Source: an uncultured Spirochaetota bacterium
Lineage (GTDB): Bacteria > Spirochaetota > UBA4802 > UBA5550
DNA: 64,000 nt
Direction: 5' to 3'
Assembly: GCA_963727175.1 (NCBI GenBank)
Contig: CAVSFD010000002.1
Location: forward strand, 4,620,942-4,684,941
Of this stretch, positions 1 to 8,427 are shown piece after piece; position 1 is the stretch's first letter, and each line of letters opens with the position of its first letter. The notes under the pieces are model-generated. The model was not told the origin of the DNA and did not search any database. It was given only the letters and a program-made list of their open reading frames with translations. The translations under genes and the position numbers were made by a program.

Positions 1-692
1 GGTTCTTGCGTGAATTCTTTCACCCGCTCTTCGCAGCAGAGGAGCATACCGTACGCCCAGTCGGTGACCGGGTACACATGCATCTCCCTCAGCGGGTCAA
101 GGTACATCGGGGAATTCATGACTTCTTTTTCATCCACGAGTTTATTTTCACGGGCATAGGGATTCTTTTTCGCGTTCTTCCTGGAACGTACCACTATTTT
201 CGCGAGGTGCTCGTCGGTTACGCCCGACTTTTCCATGTATGCCCTTGCCTGCAATGCGTCAGCGTTCTGGAAATCCATGCCGAGGGGCCGGCAGTAGAAA
301 GGATCATAGGCAAGATTGGTAGCCATGCGGCGGCTCTCCCCCTGCGATTCCTTGCAGTGGCCCATGAAGAGTATCACGTCATCATGGCCGCTGAGAATGC
401 TGGCCATGGCATAGCCGAGTCCGTTCAGGCTTTCCTGCGCCATTTTCTCTTCCCCGCGGAAGTGTGCGCCCAGTACGTCAGTCATACCGTTGTTGGATAT
501 GGTCCTTGCGTCGAACACGTCATCGGAGCAGGAAATGATAGTCCTGATGCCCTTCTCCATGTCATAGGTGACCTTGGTTTGTTCCATGATCGGCTCGAAA
601 CACTCGAGGAGCATGTTCTGGAACCGCATGTGATCGTATGCCGGCTCGTTTTTAATCTGCGCGACGGCGCAGATTGCTATTCTTTTACCCAT
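1..692 (-). CDS. thiolase-fold protein (SCP-x/Ltp-like), N-terminal ~230 aa; 3' end lies beyond the window edge
   Basis: The minus-strand frame is open from ATG at 692-690 to position 1, with an AGGAGG complement at 700-705, 7 nt upstream. My own translation, MGKRIAICAVAQIKNEPAYDHMRFQ...HLAKIVVRSRKNAKKNPYAR...YPVTDWAYGMLLCCEERVKEF, has the layout of a thiolase N-terminal domain. It is absent from the ORF track because no stop falls inside the window. The listed + ORF 6..716 is its antisense shadow. Confidence 0.7.
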   Translation of the reverse strand, partial: MGKRIAICAVAQIKNEPAYDHMRFQNMLLECFEPIMEQTKVTYDMEKGIRTIISCSDDVFDARTISNNGMTDVLGAHFRGEEKMAQESLNGLGYAMASILSGHDDVILFMGHCKESQGESRRMATNLAYDPFYCRPLGMDFQNADALQARAYMEKSGVTDEHLAKIVVRSRKNAKKNPYARENKLVDEKEVMNSPMYLDPLREMHVYPVTDWAYGMLLCCEERVKEFTQE

Positions 693-840
693 TACCAATC
701 CTCCTGTTTTTACTGAAAAGATAAAGGATCACAATAAACCTCCTAAATTGACTTTCTCTTTCTGTATTATTCATGGTCCCTTCCCGCATATCTGCCATGC
801 GAGTGCTCTGTTCTATATTCCTTCCACTCATCCCGGAACA

Positions 841-1398
841 TTACACGTAACAATTCCAGAACGTACCCTGCTTGACCGCCCTCAATATTGAATCCTTATC
901 GCGTTTCGCATCCAGTTCAATCCAGGCCCTTCCGATCCCCACCAGCGTGTGGGAGTCGTCAGAGGCTATTTTCGGATACCGGATATTCAGCGATTCAAAG
1001 ACCGTGTCGCGGAACCCTTTTGTCGTTATCTCAACCGCGTCAAGGGGATACATCTTCTCCAACTCCACCAGCCGTTCCAGAACCTGTTCCGACGTCATAT
1101 CGTATTCCCCGATATGATTGAAGATATGGAGGGTTTCACTGTCCCCTTCGATCTTCCCCACATGTATGTAGCCTCTTACAAACGCCGTGATCTCAATGCC
1201 GTGGAATATGATCATTTCAGTTTTGACCTGATCGTAAAGCTCCCGGTAATTCGGCTTCAGCAGATAATCATGGTCCGTAAAAGCAACAAAATCATACCCC
1301 CTGGACTCGTAGGCATTGACGACTTCCTGAGGCGTCAACTTGCCGTCTGAGCAGGTGGTGTGAGTGTGGAGACAGCCTTTGAGCAGCATAGATACCAA
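841..1398 (-). CDS. PHP-domain metal-dependent phosphoesterase
   Basis: N-terminus CLHTHTTCSDGKLTPQEVV followed by FVAFTDHD matches the His/Asp metal-ligand pattern of PHP domains. The 185-aa ORF has clean boundaries. Confidence 0.7.
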   Translation of the reverse strand: MVSMLLKGCLHTHTTCSDGKLTPQEVVNAYESRGYDFVAFTDHDYLLKPNYRELYDQVKTEMIIFHGIEITAFVRGYIHVGKIEGDSETLHIFNHIGEYDMTSEQVLERLVELEKMYPLDAVEITTKGFRDTVFESLNIRYPKIASDDSHTLVGIGRAWIELDAKRDKDSILRAVKQGTFWNCYV

Positions 1399-1759
1399 CC
1401 AATTATACTTTTAAAAGATCTCTGGCAGACGGTTATACTTTCGATTATCAGCCAGGTTCTTGATTGGACGGCCAACCAACTCACTTACTAAAAAAAAGCC
1501 GTTCCGTGGATATACCCTGCGGCTATCCAAATAAAACCGCATAAACAGTTATCATTGAATATTTTAATTAATGTCCAACTTTTAAATTGGACGACCAACC
1601 AAAACTATTATGAAAATAATCATCGGGCTTCCTATTGTCAATAAAAAAAGATTATTTTTCCCGAAAAAAATTCAGTGGCAGTTTTTCTTCATAGTGTACT
1701 GAACTTCCCCGGCGAGGCCGCTCATGCGCATCCTGGCGTCTATCGCAGATTCCGCCGAG

Positions 1760-2320
1760 TTATTTTTTGAATTCTTTGCCATCGGACCAAGCTTTCCCGA
1801 TACAATCGCCGAAGGCCCAGTACCGGTTGTCCGGCATGGTGAGAAAAAAAGAGCCGATTCGATTATAATCGGGGCTTTTACCGTCAAGGCATGTTTCATC
1901 GCACCATGCGCCTTTGATTTCACCGACAAAAAGCATGTTGGTTGGAAGATCGATGGAATGGACCAGAAGGCATTCAAGACAAACCGCGGCCTCACGGATC
2001 AGGGGCGCGCCAGTCAGTTCACCATAGAATAAATCAAACACCTGCGACTTGTCGGTGCCATGACCGGATACCAGACCGACATAATCGGTCTTTACCAGCA
2101 GTTCCTTCCCGGGAATATTCACGCTGAAGGACTTCGTCACCATGATGCCGTCACAGGTGGCGTGGTTCTTGCCTATTCCAATGGCAATCATGGGCGGTTT
2201 CGCATTGACCCTGGCGACCCATCCGACAGCCATGAAGTTTTCCTTGCCTTTCAGGAGCGTACCAACGATACTCATGGGCATGGGGATGAATGCATTATTG
2301 CTGATTTTTATATGGCTCAT
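1760..2320 (-). CDS. flavin reductase-like FMN-binding (split-barrel) domain protein
   Basis: 186 aa. The segment PMPMSIVGT...NFMAVGWVARVNAKPPMIAIGIGKNH is typical of the flavin reductase-like domain family. Confidence 0.7.
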   Translation of the reverse strand: MSHIKISNNAFIPMPMSIVGTLLKGKENFMAVGWVARVNAKPPMIAIGIGKNHATCDGIMVTKSFSVNIPGKELLVKTDYVGLVSGHGTDKSQVFDLFYGELTGAPLIREAAVCLECLLVHSIDLPTNMLFVGEIKGAWCDETCLDGKSPDYNRIGSFFLTMPDNRYWAFGDCIGKAWSDGKEFKK

Positions 2321-2523
2321 GGCATACTCCTGACGAAAATTTATATCCGCTTCAGATCCTGAAATAATCTATGACCCCGTTCAGGAATATTGCAATACTT
2401 TTTTCCTGAAAACATTTTACACAAAATATGCTTTACACATTTCCGGATTATCAGTACTATTCAATCATTGAACCCATGCATCGCAGGAAACTAAATGATT
2501 AAATGCAGAAATAAATCAATGCC

Positions 2524-3393
2524 ATGTACACCCACAATGACATGAAGGAAAATCCTCAACCATCAGCATCAACATCAAAACGCCCCGTGCGGTTTTTCAT
2601 CCTGTACGGGTTTATCGGACTTTTGATTGTCGCATATTCTGTCATCATCTATTCCTATGTCCGCATGCAGGTCAGCGACAATGCCCGGATCAACGCCGCC
2701 GGACGCCTGCGCATGCTCACGCAGAAGATAACAAAGGAGATCCTCCTGTTCCAGGACGGCATCCTCCCGAAAAACAATGTTGAAAATTCAGCTCTTGTCT
2801 TTAACGCGACCATATACGGTATCACCCGGGGCGGCACGGTCCCTCTCGATATGAAGATGACCATGTCATCACGGCTCCCTGCCATTGATGACCCGGAGAG
2901 CCGCAGCCAGCTCGAAAAGGTACTGGCGGGATGGGAGCCCTTCAGAAGAAACGTGGCACGTTACCTCGACCGGAAGGATCCGGACTCCCTGCGGTACATC
3001 CTCGAAAACAATGATGACCTGATAGAGACCATTGACCGGACGGTGATGACCATACAGAAACACTCGGACCATGACCTGTGGACGATGGGTTTGATAATCG
3101 CCACGACGATTCTCCTCGTCATTGCGGCGATTGTCGCGACCATGATCAGGCAGGTGAAGAGATACCGCAGCGCAGAGACACGCCTTGCTGAAATCGAACA
3201 GCTCCTTCCCATCTGCTCCAGCTGCAAGAAAATCCGCACCGATATCGACCATCCGGAAAATCCCGCATCATGGACATCGATAGATGAGTACCTCCACGAC
3301 AAAAAGGATATGGTCTTCACCCACAGCATCTGCCCCGACTGCATGATGAAGCTTTATCCCGGCGTGTTCAAGGACAAGCCGAAAAAAGAGTGA
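2524..3393 (+). CDS. membrane sensor: PilJ/NarX-type periplasmic helical domain between two TM helices, plus a C-terminal CxxC...CxxC module
   Basis: Hydrophobic helices lie at about aa 23-45 and 187-207. The signature INAAGRLRMLTQKITKE matches the PilJ N-terminal / nitrate-sensor P-box type. The C-terminus reads LLPICSSCKKIRTD...FTHSICPDCMMKLYP. Confidence 0.75.
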   Translation: MYTHNDMKENPQPSASTSKRPVRFFILYGFIGLLIVAYSVIIYSYVRMQVSDNARINAAGRLRMLTQKITKEILLFQDGILPKNNVENSALVFNATIYGITRGGTVPLDMKMTMSSRLPAIDDPESRSQLEKVLAGWEPFRRNVARYLDRKDPDSLRYILENNDDLIETIDRTVMTIQKHSDHDLWTMGLIIATTILLVIAAIVATMIRQVKRYRSAETRLAEIEQLLPICSSCKKIRTDIDHPENPASWTSIDEYLHDKKDMVFTHSICPDCMMKLYPGVFKDKPKKE

Positions 3394-3413
3394 CGTCCCG
3401 CGCAACGTCGGCG

Positions 3414-4940
3414 CTATGTACCGAGGCGCCGCGCGATCCCGTCAGCAACGTAATTGGACAATGCCATGATGGTGATCTGCGGGTTCACGCCCAGGGACGT
3501 GGGGATGATGCTCGCGTCGGCCACAAAGAGGTTCTTCACTTCGAAGGACTCGCCGCTGCCGTCCACGGCCCCCTGCTTCGGCCCCGACGCCATCCGGCAC
3601 GAGCCGAGGGGATGGAAGGCCATGGTCTCGATCTGGTTCGGCTTCACGCGCATATTCAGGAGACGGTCGGCGTCCTCCACCGAGTCAAGATAGGGCATCT
3701 TTGAAATCGCCGTGTACACGCGCAGCGCCCCGGCGGCGAAAAAGATCTTCGCCAGGTAGGCAACGGCCCGCTTGAGCTTGTCCGCGTCCACCCGCTTTAT
3801 CATGTAGGTTGCCAGGACGCCCCCGTTACGTTTCGGGCTCTGTCCCTTGAGAACGCGCCCCTCGGTCTCGTCATGGACCATGACGCCGAAGGCCGCCAGG
3901 TTGTTGTATTTCACCGCCATTTCCTTGTGTTTATGGCCCACGCCGGGAAGGGCCGCCAGAAGAAGGGATGGATGGACCATGATGCCTTCCATCATGATAC
4001 CCTCGTCCTCGAAATCATCGATATAGGCTCCCTGGGAAACCCCCTGCCACCCCTTGACGGTTTCCTTCATCAGGGCCACCACCCTTCCGGCGGGATGGAT
4101 CTGTAAATGCCGGCCAATATGCCTGTTCCTGAGGCCGCTCCATTTCAGAAACGACGGCGTTATCATGGCACCGCAGGAGACCACGACGGCCCCGGCCTTC
4201 ACGGTGACGCTGTACAGGCGCTTCCCGGTTAGCGGATCAACGACGGAGGCGTCCACTCCTTCGGCTGCGCCGTTTTTAATCCGTATTTTTTCAGCCTTGC
4301 AATTGGCGTATATGCGCGCGCCGGCGGCGTCCGCTTTCGGTATGTAGGTCACGTTGACGCTCTGCTTGGCGTTCTCCTGGCACCCGAACTGGCAGGGCCC
4401 GCACCCCTTGCAGTCCTTCACGTTGTGTTTCAGGGGCCTGCAGGTGAAGCCCAGCTTTTCGCATCCGCGTTTCACGATTTTCGCGTTGTTCCCCAGTACG
4501 TCCCAGGGGAGTTCCGTGACGTTCACCATTTTTTCGACCCTTTCGAAATAGGGGTTCAGGGTTTCTTCGGTCATGGCCTCCAGGCCCAGGTCGTCGCGCC
4601 ATCTCTGCAGAACGGTGCCCGGGGTCCGGAAGCAGGTGGCGGAGTTGACAGTGCTGGTACCGCCGATGCACTTGCCCAGGGTGAGGGATATAAAAGGGTT
4701 CCCCATGGTCCCCGTGGTGCCGCCGCTCCGGTACATTTCGATAAGCCCCTTCACCGGCTTGCCGTCCCAGTCATTCACGGTGTAATGGCCCCCTTCCTCG
4801 AGGAGAACCACTGAAAGGCCCTTCTCCGCCAGCTCCCTGGCCGCGACGCCGCCGCCGGGGCCGCTGCCGATGATGCAGACGTCGCATGTTTCATTGATAT
4901 CGCTGTTATAATCTTTTATTGTTTTGATCATGTCATTCAC
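3414..4940 (-). CDS. GMC-family FAD-dependent oxidoreductase
   Basis: 508 aa. The N-terminal dinucleotide fold is DVCIIGSGPGGGVAARELAEKG. The C-terminal motif FVADASIIPTSLGVNPQITIMAL is GMC-type. Confidence 0.9.
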   Translation of the reverse strand: MNDMIKTIKDYNSDINETCDVCIIGSGPGGGVAARELAEKGLSVVLLEEGGHYTVNDWDGKPVKGLIEMYRSGGTTGTMGNPFISLTLGKCIGGTSTVNSATCFRTPGTVLQRWRDDLGLEAMTEETLNPYFERVEKMVNVTELPWDVLGNNAKIVKRGCEKLGFTCRPLKHNVKDCKGCGPCQFGCQENAKQSVNVTYIPKADAAGARIYANCKAEKIRIKNGAAEGVDASVVDPLTGKRLYSVTVKAGAVVVSCGAMITPSFLKWSGLRNRHIGRHLQIHPAGRVVALMKETVKGWQGVSQGAYIDDFEDEGIMMEGIMVHPSLLLAALPGVGHKHKEMAVKYNNLAAFGVMVHDETEGRVLKGQSPKRNGGVLATYMIKRVDADKLKRAVAYLAKIFFAAGALRVYTAISKMPYLDSVEDADRLLNMRVKPNQIETMAFHPLGSCRMASGPKQGAVDGSGESFEVKNLFVADASIIPTSLGVNPQITIMALSNYVADGIARRLGT

Positions 4941-4944
4941 CCTA

Positions 4945-5346
4945 TTATTTCAAATGGCACCCGTGCTCATACCCGGTGAGTCGCGCGTTGTCGTCGCTTT
5001 CGTAAAAGGTGAGCATGGTGAGGAGCTTCATCAGGAGGATGATCATTCTACGGTAAAAGAATGGACTATGCTCCATGGCCTCGAGAACATGCCCTCCCTT
5101 GTCCGCGCTCAGGCTCGTGAAGATCCTCCCCTTGCGGAGAATCGAGCTGAACTGGATATAGTTCAGCATAAGGGGAAAAAGACTTCTTATGGAAGGATCA
5201 TAGCTTCCCAGGACCTCATCCGCCCGCGGCAGCAGGTCAAAATCAGCGGCACCCGTCTTGAAGGCGCCCCCCTGCGGTATGATAGCATTCATCACCGCCT
5301 TGAGAATCATCCCGTTTCTACCTTTGAGAACTTTTAACTCGCTCAT
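4945..5346 (-). CDS. small accessory protein upstream of GMC oxidoreductase (possibly gluconate 2-dehydrogenase subunit-3-like)
   Basis: The 133-aa ORF ends 4 nt before the GMC start, which suggests translational linkage. The family call rests only on position and size plus the ...IIPQGG.. motif from memory. Confidence 0.5.
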   Translation of the reverse strand: MSELKVLKGRNGMILKAVMNAIIPQGGAFKTGAADFDLLPRADEVLGSYDPSIRSLFPLMLNYIQFSSILRKGRIFTSLSADKGGHVLEAMEHSPFFYRRMIILLMKLLTMLTFYESDDNARLTGYEHGCHLK

Positions 5347-5390
5347 ATCCTTCTCCTGAAGAATTCTTTATTTGCATTTTCATTGGATTT

Positions 5391-5801
5391 TCACGGCTTC
5401 CTGACTGAAAAATAAAACGAATTGAACACGAAACTCCCTATCTTGAACACACCCCGGCCCAGGTAATGACCTTCTCCCACCCTCTTCAGCTCATCATTGA
5501 GTGTTTTCAAAATAAAGCTGTTGCCCTTCCGGTTGTAATTAATGTGAAGGACCCGTTGGCCGTCGCCCAGCACGGAATCCCTGAGGCTGATTTTAAAGCT
5601 GCCGATGCGTATCCTTCCCAGGAATTCATTGTAGCCCCCGGGTCCCTCCCCCTCAAGAGCCGCATCATCGGGAAAATACTTCCGGTGCCCGAAGAAATGG
5701 ATCTCCGGGAGGAAGGGCGTTACGAGGCGAACCTCATAGTACCCCTGAAGCTCTGACGGGCCGGGCGTTATTCCGTTGTAAAAAATTTCTTTCAGGGTCA
5801 T
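5391..5801 (-). CDS. hypothetical protein, GXWXG/DUF4334-like (paralogous to the C-terminal domain at 10041-10709)
   Basis: 136 aa, first gene of the three-gene GMC operon. It shares a pattern with the tail of ORF 8979..10709 (G.N.F ... L.Y ... DE.R......Y.G.G). The family name is recalled, not verified. Confidence 0.5.
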   Translation of the reverse strand: MTLKEIFYNGITPGPSELQGYYEVRLVTPFLPEIHFFGHRKYFPDDAALEGEGPGGYNEFLGRIRIGSFKISLRDSVLGDGQRVLHINYNRKGNSFILKTLNDELKRVGEGHYLGRGVFKIGSFVFNSFYFSVRKP

Positions 5802-5942
5802 AGCTGCTCATCGTCCGGGTCATGTCGATATGTTTATTGCAACATGATGAATGTATTATAGAAGAAAAATAATTCTGTCGTCTGGAATGATAAATCCGGA
5901 AACTTTTTCCGCGGACGGCAGAGAACAGCATGGCTGGATCAG

Positions 5943-7055
5943 TCAGCCCCGGTCATGACCGCCGCTCTTCCTGTAATTCTGGGGGGACACACCGGTGAAG
6001 CGCGAAAAGGCCTCGTAAAAAGCAGATTTAGAGTTAAAGCCCACCTCGAGGGATATGGCCAGAACCGTTTTTTCCGGCTGCTGCAGAAGCATCTCCTTCG
6101 CATCGCGGATGCGGTACTGGTTCACGAAGGTGTTGAAGTTCGTGTTCAGCCGCTCGTTCAAAAGCTGTGAAAGCTGGTGGGGGCTGATGGATAGCTCATC
6201 CGCCAGGTCCCTGAGGGTGAGCTGGTCATCGGTATAGATGCGCTCGTCATCCATGAGACGGTTCAGCTCCCTGACGAGGGACGGTACATTCACCTGGTCG
6301 AGGAGAGAGCGCACAACGTATTTCTTCTCCGCCTCGAACATCAGGAGCTGGAGGATCTTGGGGTATCTGAGGCTCACCAGGTATGCGCAGATGACCAGGA
6401 GGCCGGCCAGGTTCGCGCCCCACCGGAGCAGGGTATAAGAGCCGGTGAGGTAACCCAGGATGGTGACCGCCGTGAGGGCGGCAATGACCACAATGCTTGA
6501 CGTCATGACATAGAATATGACGATATTTTCCCCGGACTTCCTCGTGGTTATGAATTTCTTAAAGAGAAAGCCCAGGTATATAACCAGCTGGATCCCCGCT
6601 CCGGCGATAACAATATGGGCCGCCATGACATCGCAGCCCGGCACGCCGCTGAAGAGTCTTCGCAGAAGGGAGACCATAGCATCATCGGTCATGGCGAGGA
6701 AAGCGATGTCACCCGCAAGTCCGACAACCACCGGCACGAAGAGGAAAGCCATCTTCCGCGGCATGGCTTCTACGGGAAGGATAACCAGGTAATCGGCGCA
6801 GTAAATGACGGGCGCCATGAAGTAGAGCGCCGTGACATGAAACGCGAGGAGCCGAGGGTGCGTGTAGTGCATGCCGTTGACGATAAGGCAGATCTGGAAC
6901 AGGATCACGCTCAGGCAGGCAAGGTAGGCGGCCAGCACGTAGTTCTCGAAGTAGCGTACCCTCCCGCTCAGCTGGCCGATGCAGAGAAGGAGCGACAGCC
7001 CGGCCGAAAAAAATATGAAGGCGGCCGATATGAATTCTATGCTCAGGATATCCAT
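5943..7055 (-). CDS. AraC-family transcriptional regulator with N-terminal multi-pass membrane domain
   Basis: About 230 aa of hydrophobic helices are followed by a C-terminal AraC HTH (LTLRDLADELSISPHQLSQLLN...LEVGFNSKSAFYEAFSRFTGVSPQNYRK). Confidence 0.85.
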   Translation of the reverse strand: MDILSIEFISAAFIFFSAGLSLLLCIGQLSGRVRYFENYVLAAYLACLSVILFQICLIVNGMHYTHPRLLAFHVTALYFMAPVIYCADYLVILPVEAMPRKMAFLFVPVVVGLAGDIAFLAMTDDAMVSLLRRLFSGVPGCDVMAAHIVIAGAGIQLVIYLGFLFKKFITTRKSGENIVIFYVMTSSIVVIAALTAVTILGYLTGSYTLLRWGANLAGLLVICAYLVSLRYPKILQLLMFEAEKKYVVRSLLDQVNVPSLVRELNRLMDDERIYTDDQLTLRDLADELSISPHQLSQLLNERLNTNFNTFVNQYRIRDAKEMLLQQPEKTVLAISLEVGFNSKSAFYEAFSRFTGVSPQNYRKSGGHDRG

Positions 7056-7062
7056 GGCGGCG

Positions 7063-7749
7063 TCATTGCAGGATCAGCGTCGCTATGAAAAGCAATTCCA
7101 CCAGGAAATGCAGGAGGAAGGGGACCCAGATGCTCCGCAGCCTCAGGGCGAGCCATGAAAGGAGCGGCGAACCGACGAGGAGCCCCAGGGCTTCGAGCTC
7201 CGGCTTGACGAAATGGAAAACGACCTCGAAGACCCACACTACAGCTATTGCAATCCTGGCTGCCGTTTCTGCCGGTATCGAATCGCGCTCGGACAGCAGA
7301 TAATAAAGCCCCATGAGGAGAAAGCCCCGGTGGAGGAACTCCCACCCGGTAAGGGTGGAGCACGTAAAAATCATGAAGTTGACAAAGCGGTCCAGGGCTC
7401 CTTCGCCGGGACCCGCGAAAGCACCGGTATAGTGGGAGAAATATCCCTTGAAAAAGAATATTCCCGCGAAGGCCGTCACAAGGATAATCACCGCGGCAAT
7501 GACAAGATTCCGCGTCAGCCGGTCAAAGCGCGGCAGGCCAAGACCTATTCGTGACAGGGGTACCTTCAGAGCAATGAGCACACCGAGGGGAAGGACAATT
7601 CGGAGAATAACCCAGAGCAGATAGAAATAGCCGCCCACTATCAGCGATTTCGCATGATATGTACCGATAAGCTGCGCCGCCAGGGCAGTGAAAATAATGA
7701 TCATGAAAGGGGAAAGAAGAGTTAATGTTTTTTCCTTTTTATCTGTCAT
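7063..7749 (-). CDS. CPBP (CAAX/Abi) intramembrane metalloprotease family protein
   Basis: Polytopic membrane protein with GWEFLHRGFLL (ExxxR-type motif) and later FHF.. / LLHFLVE His motifs. It lies 7 nt upstream of the AraC gene on the same strand. Confidence 0.65.
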   Translation of the reverse strand: MTDKKEKTLTLLSPFMIIIFTALAAQLIGTYHAKSLIVGGYFYLLWVILRIVLPLGVLIALKVPLSRIGLGLPRFDRLTRNLVIAAVIILVTAFAGIFFFKGYFSHYTGAFAGPGEGALDRFVNFMIFTCSTLTGWEFLHRGFLLMGLYYLLSERDSIPAETAARIAIAVVWVFEVVFHFVKPELEALGLLVGSPLLSWLALRLRSIWVPFLLHFLVELLFIATLILQ

Positions 7750-7971
7750 GGTGTCTCACAAGCATGGGTGTATAGCGCGGAGGGAGTACAGCGCATCCAC
7801 AATCAGTAGGCCCTCGTGCGTTATTTATCAAGCTAAATTTTATTATTACAAAGTATCATTGCCGTACCAGAAGATTTGATCATACTATTTTCCGAGAAAA
7901 ACAAAAATTACTTGCAAAACGGAAATATTATTATTATCTTGTCAATATCAGTCAAGGTGGGGGGATTAGCA

Positions 7972-8403
7972 ATGCTGGAAGATATACCGCGAGATCAACT
8001 GGACACGATATTATTTAACGCCCTGCGGGCCATTTACAAGTTCCAGCAGGCCAAGATGACCGCCTTCGGACTGGACTACGAGGACATCTACCTGCTCCAA
8101 TTGCTCATGAATCATACACCATCCCGCATGGGAGAAATTGCCGATGAGATGGGAATCCCCATAAGCACCGCCACGCGCGTGGTGGACCGCCTTGAAGAAA
8201 AAAAACTAGTCTCTAGAAAAAAGGACCCTCGCGACAAGCGGAATATCCTGGTGACCCTGGAACAAAAAGGAAAAGATGTGGTGAATAAAGTGGAAAACCA
8301 GACGTACCGGATATTATCAAAAAACCTTGGCAAATACAACGATGAAGAAATAGCTTCTTTTTATAAAACAGCGGTCCACCTTCATGAAATATTGAAGGTC
8401 TAA
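7972..8403 (+). CDS. MarR-family transcriptional regulator
   Basis: I chose the internal ATG at 7972 because it is preceded by AAGGTGGGGG (7954-7963). The winged-helix region reads PSRMGEIADEMGIPISTATRVVDRLEEKKLVSRKKDPRDKRNILVTLEQKG. Confidence 0.85.
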   Translation: MLEDIPRDQLDTILFNALRAIYKFQQAKMTAFGLDYEDIYLLQLLMNHTPSRMGEIADEMGIPISTATRVVDRLEEKKLVSRKKDPRDKRNILVTLEQKGKDVVNKVENQTYRILSKNLGKYNDEEIASFYKTAVHLHEILKV

Positions 8404-8427
8404 TGAAACCGCCACAAGGAGAGCCAG

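Noticed and set aside
6-716. 236-aa + strand ORF at the window start
   Set aside because: It has a His/Phe/Val-rich composition without motifs. It lies exactly antisense to a well-formed thiolase-fold reading frame with an SD sequence and ATG at 692, so it is an antisense shadow ORF.
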